From assembly GCF_009914755.1 (NCBI RefSeq), contig NC_060928.1: DNA of 64,000 nucleotides. The stretch is one strand, 5' to 3'. The notes below the pieces were generated by a model that did not search any database, had not been told where the DNA came from, and saw only the letters and a list, made by a program, of their open reading frames with translations. Shown here piece after piece: positions 56,187 to 64,000 of this stretch. Each line of letters opens with the position of its first letter. Position 1 is the stretch's first letter. The DNA comes from the human T2T-CHM13v2.0 reference genome, Homo sapiens. The position numbers and the translations under genes were made by a program.

Positions 56187-56660
56187 GTGGAAGTGGCACC
56201 ACACACCATCACCCCTAGTGATCCACAAGCAAAATTTCTGCTTCCTGTTTCCATGACATTATGTTCTCTTGGCCTAGAGGTCTTAGTTCCAGAGGGAGGG
56301 ACGCCACCACCAGGAGACACCACAACAATTCCATTAAACTGGGAGTTACGATTGCCACCTGGACACTTTGGGCTCTTCCTACCTTTAAGCCAACAACCTA
56401 AGAAGGGAGTTACATTTTTGGCTGGGGTAATTGGTCCAGACTATCAAGATGAAATCAGTCTACTACCCCACAACAGAGTTAAGGAAGAGTATGCATGGAA
56501 TACAGGAGATCCATTAGGAAGTCTCCTAGTATTTCTATGCCCTGTGATTAAAGTCAATGAGAAACTACAACAGTCCAATCCAGGCAGGACTACAAATTCC
56601 AGACCCTTCAGGAATGAAAATTTGGGTCACTCCACCAGGAAAAAAAAAAAAAAAACATGA
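56187..56660 (+). pseudogene. HERV-L dUTPase region, largely open reading frame
   Basis: SLGLEV, LRLPPGHFG and GVIGPDYQDEI resemble dUTPase motifs 1-3. The position after integrase is typical of ERV-L. Confidence 0.85.
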
Positions 56661-57442
56661 CCTGCTGAAGTGCTTGCTGAAGGCAAAGGGAATACAGAAT
56701 GAGTAGTAGAAGAAGGTAATCATCAATACCAGCTAAAAACACATGACCAGCTGCAGAAATGAGGACTGTAATTGTCATGAGTATTTCCTTCTTCTTTTGT
56801 TGAAAACATGTTTGTGCATGTATATACTTGTACTAAGAAAATATCTTTATTTTATTTCCTTTTTCCTTTACAACATGAAATAAGATTATTGACTTCATAT
56901 CTGCATTTAGGTATTGTTAATTTTGTGGTTATAGTATCTGGGTTGGAGATTGGTGTGTTTCCAGTTGTACGAAGGATAGTTGTGTTATGTTAGGTGTAAT
57001 TATGACCTTATTACCATCTTTATTTGAAGATTACATACGCTCTCAAGAGATGTGTATGGGTTCCCTTTGACAAGGGGTGGACTTGTGATGGTTAATACTG
57101 AGTGTCAACTTGATTGGATTGAAGGATGCAAAGTATTGATCCTAGATTGTCTGTGAGGGTGTTGCTAAAGGAGATTAACATTCGAGTCAGTGGGCTGGGA
57201 AAGGCATTCCCACCTGTATTCTCGGTGGACACCATCTAATCAGCTGCCGGTGTGGCTAGAATATAAAGCAAGCAGAAAAATGGGAAAAGACTAGACTAGT
57301 CTAGCCCCACAGCCTACATGTTTCTCCCACACTGGTTGCTTCCTGCCCTCGAACATCAGACTCCAGTTTCTTCAGTTTTGGGACTTGGACTGGCTCTCCT
57401 TGCTCCTCAGCTTTCAGATGGCTTATTGTGAGACCTTGTAAA

Positions 57443-57691
57443 TATGTGTGTATATATATACACACATATACATATATGTATGTGTGTGTATGTGTGTGTG
57501 TGTACATATATATATATACACATATATATCCTCATATATATATGTCCTCATATATATATCCTCATATATATATGTCCTCATATATATATCCTCATATAGA
57601 TATATATATCCTATATATATATCCTATATATATCCTATATATATATCCTATATGTACATCCTATATATATCCTATATATATTCTATATATC

Positions 57692-57732
<41 letters not shown>
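57443..57732. repeat. Compound microsatellite in the 3' LTR: (TA/TG)n, (tatatatcctca)n, (CA)n
   Basis: Directly visible. Confidence 0.95.
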
Positions 57733-57733
<1 letters not shown>

Positions 57734-59202
57734 TCTATGAGTTCTGTCCCTCTAGAGAACCCTAACTAATGCAATCTTTGCTACTGAGATGAGAGAAAAG
57801 TCAAAGTGATGTTGTAGATTTTCAATGAGAATTAGTGGTCAATGTTAGGCAATTTTAAAATTTTACCTTCAATATTTTTTCCTGAGTTACTAGTCAGTTT
57901 TATTTGTTCACTTGAGCTTGGTGGGGGAAAGTTTAGGTTGGTATTCTTTCAAAATTAAGATTCAAGCATGTTTACCACATCTCTACACTTACAGCATAAG
58001 TTCTGTTATGAAAGTAAAGATGGCATGCTTCTCTGAATCATTCATAGTTGGTCTGATAAGCACAGAAGGCACTGAGAAAGGTAGCTGATATAGTTCCATA
58101 ATCATTCCAATCATAGACATTGAAGATAATTCATCAGTGCTATCCATTCATACACAACAGAAGTTCTTTATTTCCCACCAGTAATACGGGTTTATAGAGA
58201 CATGGCGAAAACACCCTACATGGTTACCTAAGCCCACCAATATCTTATCCAGCAGTCCAAGATCCACTTGATATGCTGAGAAAGAAAAATCCATCACAGC
58301 AAGATGCATTGCTAAACATTAAGCTCCTTTTTTTTCTATTTAAAAATCAATTTCAAAAACCTGCATTGCAGGAAATGTGATAAACACATTTGTGTAATAA
58401 TATATACTATTCATATTAAAATGGCATGGGTTATCCAAAATCTATAGCTATACTGATAAATAGCTGAGTTTGTTGTAAATGTGAAATATTATCTGCTAAA
58501 GGCAATCACTGTAATTAGCTTGCTAAGGCTACTTCAGCTTTTCTGTGATCATTTTTGTCCTCTATGTTTCCCCAGTAAAGAAAGTCTTGTCTTTTTTTGT
58601 AGCTCATATAGAAAAAAATGTTATTTTCATCTTCCCTGAAGCAAATAGAGTACAATAACAGCAGAAAGGAAGAAAAACAATCATAGTACCGGCTGGCCTC
58701 CTATTGAAAGGCAATGAAAAATAATTTTTCCCACAGATACCTTTAAACTTCTTCTCCTGGATGAACTCTTCCGAAAACTTTCAACTGCATTGGAATGTAT
58801 GTTTGTTTAATTATATGAGGTAACAGAAAATATATCCTGGTACATTCCCTTGCTATAACTACTTATGCTGTGTATGTATCATTTTTATCGTCTAAAAGAA
58901 GAACCAGAATTTCCTTTTATTTCTTGTAATATTTTAGTTATATCAATTATCCTTATTGAATGCTTTGTTTAGTGCTTCCAGCTGTACCAATAATATTTGT
59001 TCATTTATTTGTTTTTGGTATTTCAAGCAAATATATGGTAATATAAATAATATAGATTCATCATTACTATTATCTGCCAAATGGAAAGATTGTGTATTTT
59101 AAGCCATTGTTGTTTCTGTTCCATATTATAAATATACTATCTTTAACTATCCAAGACTGATGAGGACTTGTTCTACTCAATATACTGAAACTTGATTGCC
59201 CT

Positions 59203-59229
59203 TACACACACACACACACACACACACAC
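59203..59229. repeat. (CA)n microsatellite
   Basis: Directly visible. Confidence 0.9.
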
Positions 59230-59259
59230 TCATGCATACATACAGAATTATCATCCTTG

Positions 59260-59460
59260 GGCCAGAAATTTTACATGCAATATTTTCTTCAGCACTTAAA
59301 ATTATAGCAAACATATAAAGTAAGTTCTCTTGTCATCCCAAATTACAGAAAAAAAAAACCCTAAACTTAAAGATACAAATAGTAACTCAATCAAGTTTAC
59401 ACCAAGTGATTGAGCTCAAGTTTATGTCTGGATCTGTCAAACTTCAGAAATCTATGATAA
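59260..59460 (-). mobile_element. MIR fragment
   Basis: 'ttttacatgcaatattttcttc...tcatcccaaattacaga...tctgtcaaacttcaga'. Confidence 0.5.
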
Positions 59461-60070
59461 ATGCATTACAAAAAATGATTTTGTGTGCTGTTTTGGATAA
59501 AACACTTTATTGTATCCCTTGGGAGAATTTTGTCATTAGATTTCATACGGACACCTAACTAGAAGAGAGGATAGACTGATGTTCTAGCCGATGATCTCAC
59601 ACACAGCAAGATGACTGAGGAGCAGATGCCAATACAGGAGATCAATAAAGGTTTTAAAAGTTTTTTAACAACTCATAATTTCCTTTTTAAAAGGAAGTTA
59701 ACAACCAATAAATTACTTTTAGGTGAGAATGAACAAATGAGTTGTCAAGGTTTCTATTGAAAAAGTTAGAGGATACTAGTAGACGAATGCAATAAAAATT
59801 TAAATTATATCCACAAACAAACTTCCAAGTCCATAAGCAAAATGGAGACAAAAATTGCCGAAAGCTGAGAAACAGAGAGGAGAGATTTGTTACGTGTCTT
59901 GCTCCATTGTTATCAAACTGTCCCTAACACATAAACAAGTTATGCTTTGAGGTGGCATATTCATGGAAATGAACATGAGTTTACTTAGTTTTGACTTAGC
60001 CTGAAACAGACAAGGGAACTCGGTGAATCAAACATATAATGGGCTGGGGTATTTTTTGTTTGTTTGTTTG

Positions 60071-60428
60071 TGACATGGTTTGTCTGTGTCCCCATCCAAA
60101 TCTCATCTTGAATTGCAGCTCTCATAATTTTTGTGTGTTGTAAAGGGGACCCTGCAGGAGATAATTGGATCATCCGGGCAGTTTCTCTCATAGTGTTCTC
60201 CTGGTAGTGAATAAGTCTCATGAGATCTGATGATTTATTAGGGGAAACCCCCTTCCCTTGGTTCTCATTTTGTCTGCTGCCATGTAAGAGGTGCCTTTTG
60301 CCTTCTGCCATGTTGTGAGGTCTCCCCAGTGACACTGAACTGAGGCCATTAAACCTCTTTTTCTTTATAAATTACCCAGTCTCAGGTATGTTTTCATCAG
60401 CAATCAGCAGTGTGAAAATACTAATACA
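60071..60428 (+). mobile_element. Solo MaLR LTR, THE1B-like
   Basis: tgacatggtttgtctgtgtccccatccaaatctcatcttgaattg…ctaataca. Perfect TSD gtttg (60066-60070 / 60429-60433). Confidence 0.93.
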
Positions 60429-60673
60429 GTTTGACTAATTTATAAAATTTTATTTTACTTTTAATTTCAGGAAAAATCCCATTTATGACTTGGTTGATAT
60501 TATAACATTCTAAAATAACCAAAAGCATTGATACCTTACAAAATTAACATTAATGCCCGAATAGCAAATTATCAGTCTTTGAATTTTGTCGATCATGTAT
60601 TTTAATTTTTTTCTTCTTTTTTACAGTTAATATTAATCAGGTTCAAAACAAGGTCAAAGTTTTATTTCTGGTG

Positions 60674-61024
60674 TGCTATAGACTAATATTTATGTCCTCC
60701 TAAAATCATATGTTAAAAATCTAATCACCAGTGTGATGGTTTTAGAAGATGAGGCCTTTTGACAGGTGATTGGGTCAAGAGAGTGAAGCCCTTATGAATG
60801 GAATTAGAAAGTGCCCTTATAAAAGAGAACCCAGAGAGCTCCCTCACCCCTTCCACCATGTGAGGACAAGAAGATGGCCAAGTATTAACCAGGAAGTGGA
60901 CCCTCATCAGACACTGAATTTCCTGGCACTTTAATTTTGGATTTCCCAACTTTTAGAACTGTGAGAAATAAATAAGCTACCTAGTTTTTGGTATTCTTTT
61001 ATACCAGCTTGAATGGCCTAAGAT
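60674..61024 (+). mobile_element. Solo MaLR LTR, MLT1A0-like
   Basis: tgctatagactaat…gcccttatgaatggaattag…accctcatcagacactgaat…gaactgtgagaaataaat. Confidence 0.88.
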
Positions 61025-61054
61025 TTGGGGGTATTATCTTAAGTTTCTCTTACT

Positions 61055-61350
61055 CTTTTTTTAAAGTTTTCATTTTAAAATAATTATAGATTTACAGAAA
61101 GTTGTAAAAATGAATCTGGATGTCTCATGGATCTCTACCCTGCATTCTTCAATGTTACAGACTTATAAAGCCATTGCACAATATTAGAACCAGAAAACTG
61201 ATGTTGGTACACTCATAGGGCTAATTGAGTTTTCATGCGCCCATTGTGTGTATGTGTATGTGTGTGTGTGTCTATGCAATTCTATCATATGCATAGTTTT
61301 ATATGACCACAACTGTGATCATGAAACAGAACTATTCCAAGCTGTACTAC
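61055..61350 (-). mobile_element. Old L1 (MB/ME-type) extreme 3' end
   Basis: 'aataattatagatttacagaaagttgtaaaaat…accagaaaactgatgttggtac'. Confidence 0.65.
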
Positions 61351-62189
61351 AAGGTTGTTTTTAAGTTAATGTATTTCCCATGTTTACCTTAAGCAGCATT
61401 AAGGTAAAGTATTGTGTAAAAACTTTGACTGTAATAACTATGTCTCTTTATTAGGTATTTGCAAATATATACAATTACTCTGATAAATAATTATGTTCTC
61501 TATTATAATAAAGTATACGGCTTTATGGTATCTATTTCAATATTTAACTTGATGAGTATTCCCAAGCCCATAATGGACCTTACCTGGTTCCTCTTCACTT
61601 AAATTATCTCATTATCACATATTGTATTTGTGACTGAAACAATAACATAGTGGAATAAATTGTGTAGCTGGGTTCCTCTCGGACAGTTAATTTGTTTCAA
61701 AATGGTAGTCAAAGGATAGAGGAATGTTTAATTTCTATCATGTGTACTGAATTTTTCTCACTTCCATGTTGTTTTGCATCATCAATTTCTCAGCTTAGCT
61801 ACTAAAAAGAACTAGAAAAATAATTATATGAAAGGGCTATGTTTTATAATTACATCCCAAGCTAAAATGCTTTCTGCAACACAATACAAACACATAGTGA
61901 GTGTGACTTCAATAAATGCTACTTTTTCTCAGACTTGAAGCTATTTTGAGTTCAACTGAATCCTTGACTCTGCTCCAACTCTTTTTCTTCTTTATTCTAC
62001 AGCCTGAGTGCTTTTAAACAGCATTTTATCAATGTGCATTTCATTTCTTTTAAATAAGCTTCAAATACATGGTGGTAGACCAAAGATGTATACTCTCTTA
62101 TTGTGGAAAATTCTGTACTAGACCTTTTTTTAGTGGCTAAAAGTAAACAAAAGTGATTTCCTAAACTGTTAGAAAACCTGAAACTAGAA

Positions 62190-64000
62190 AGGTTAGAGCA
62201 AGATGGCTGAATAGAAGCCTTTACTGATCATCCTCCCCACAGGAACACTAAATTTAAACAACTAACTACACACAACAACAACAAATCATTGTCATAAAAA
62301 ACAAAATCAGGACGTGGGGCAGAGCAAGAAAATAGAATAGAAGACTATACCAATTGTCCTCCCCACAAAGACACCAGTTTAACAATTATCTGCACACACA
62401 AAACAAAGCACCCTCATAAGAAACAAAAATCAGTGAAGCACTCACAGTACCTAGTTTTAACTTCTTATTGCTGAAAAAGCCACGGAAGAGGTAGTAAATT
62501 CAGTCTTGTATCACCGATGCTGCTCTTCTCCCATCCCCCAGCAGAGGTAGCATGATGTGCAGAGCATTTCTGTGCGTTAGGGAGAGGGATGTTGCAGCAA
62601 CTGTGAGGCATTTAACTCAGTGCTGCTCTGTTGTAACAGAAAACAAAACTAAATCAAGCTCAGTTGACAATTGCCCACCAAGGGAGCATTTAAACCAGCC
62701 TTAGCCAGAACAGCATTGCTGATTACAGCAGCCTGAACTTGAGTTCCCACAAGCCTGACCAGCACAGGCCAAAGTTCTTTAGGGCCCTAAATAAACTTAA
62801 AAACCAGTCTAGGCCACAAGGACTGCAACTTTCAGGCGAGTCCTAGAGCTGAACTAAGCCCAGAGCCAGTGGGTGGTGGAGGCACAAGACATACTAAGAC
62901 ATTAGCCAGGGTGGCTAAGGGAGTGACGAAATCACTCCTCCCCTAACCCTAAGCTGCATAGCTCGCAGCTCCAAAAAAGACCACTTTCCTCCACTTGAGG
63001 ACAGGAGAGGGAAGAGTGGGGAGGACTTTGTCTTACATCTTGGATGCCAGCTCAGCCACAGCAGGATAAGGCACCATTCAGAGTCGTGAGGTCCTTTTTC
63101 TAGGCCCTAGCTCCCTGATGACATTTTTAAACACAACCTGGAATAGAAGAGAACTCACTGGCTTTAAGGAAAGAATTCAGCCTTGACAAGATTTATCACC
63201 TGCTAACTGAAGAGCCCTTGGACCCTGAATAACCAGCAGTGATACCCAGGTCTACATCAAGGGCCTTGGGTGAGACTCTGAGACTTGCTGGCTTCAGGTG
63301 GCACTTAAAACATTTACAGCTGTGGTGGCTACAAGGCTGAGATTCCCTCTTCTTGAGACAATTGGAAGGAAAAGTAAAGGGCACTTCATCTTGTGCTTTA
63401 GGTACAAGTTCAGCCACACTGTGATAAAGAACTAAGTGGAACCTCAGCATCCCCGGTTCCAGAACCTTGCTCTTGTATGGCATTTCTGGACCTGCCCTGG
63501 CCCAGGAAGGAGCTATCTGCCTTGAATGGTGAGTCCAAGGCCAGGCAGCATTCGCCAAAAGCTGACTGAAGAGCTACTGGCCCGTAAGGGAACATTGATG
63601 ATAGTCTGGCACTACTCCCTATGGGCCTATGGTGGTGGTGGCAATGGAATGAGGCTCCTCTGCCTTTGGAAAGGAAAGGGAGAGTTGGAAGGACTGCATC
63701 TTGTGGTTTAATTGCCAGCTTAGCCACAGTACAATGGAACGTACATAGACTTCTAAAGTTACAGGTTAATGAAACAAAAAGTAGTTTTTTTTTTCCAAAA
63801 GTTAAATAAAATTGACAAAACTTCAGTTAGACTAAGATAAAGAAAAGAGAAAACATCCAAATAAATAAAATCAAAGATGAAAAAAGGAGACAGTATAACT
63901 GATACTGCAAAAATTCAAAGGCTCATTAGTGGTTACTATGAACAACTGTGTGCCAATAAATTGGAAAATCTAGAAAAAATGAAAGAATTCCTAGACACAT
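62190..64000 (+). mobile_element. Old L1 (L1PB/L1MA-type 5'UTR) joined directly to mid-ORF2, running off the window
   Basis: 'gagcaagatggctgaatagaagcc' start and 5'UTR homologous to the reverse of 6000-7280. ORF2 sequence from ~63763 ('aatgaaacaaaaagtagtttt…aaaattgacaaa…ttggaaaatctagaaaaaatg'). Confidence 0.88.

Larger units (their letters stand above)
51003..57773 (+). mobile_element. HERV-L provirus with MLT2A LTRs (5' LTR 51003-~51540, truncated at its 3' end; 3' LTR 57084-57773)
   Basis: Two homologous LTRs starting tgtgatggtt(g/a)atactgag. PPT aaggggtggact at 57072-57083. TSD atttt/atctt. gag, pol and dUTPase relics are present and there is no env. Confidence 0.96.

Noticed and set aside
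58724-58825. Possible plus-strand exon (ttttcccacag…gtatgt/gtaaca)
   Set aside because: The signals are weak, the donor is ambiguous and there is no recognisable peptide.

Overview
This is AT-rich, CpG-depleted primate DNA (human-like, judged from AluY, L1PA and THE1 content). I found no recognisable host protein-coding gene, RNA gene or CpG island. The window is mostly nested transposable elements: a near-full-length old L1MA (minus, 588-7280) inserted into a long L2 relic, a full-length inactivated L1PA5-like element (33959-40129), a HERV-L/MLT2A provirus with gag/pro/RT/RNaseH/IN/dUTPase relics (51003-57773), two further ERVL relics, solo LTRs (MER4A, LTR22, MER50, THE1, MLT1/MST), seven Alus, MIR/L2 fragments and large alternating purine-pyrimidine microsatellites. 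The ORFs I could assign are repeat- or low-complexity-derived, and the rest are short and unrecognised. I did not find a convincing new biological system. The most unusual structures are: (i) a permuted ERVL with one LTR flanked by PPT-side internal sequence and by the PBS, framed by a ~35-45 bp duplication; (ii) a ~250 bp local duplication whose second copy is split by the HERV-L; (iii) a twin-primed L1; (iv) an L1 ORF0/ZNF93-site relic. Subfamily names come from recalled consensus motifs, not from a database search.
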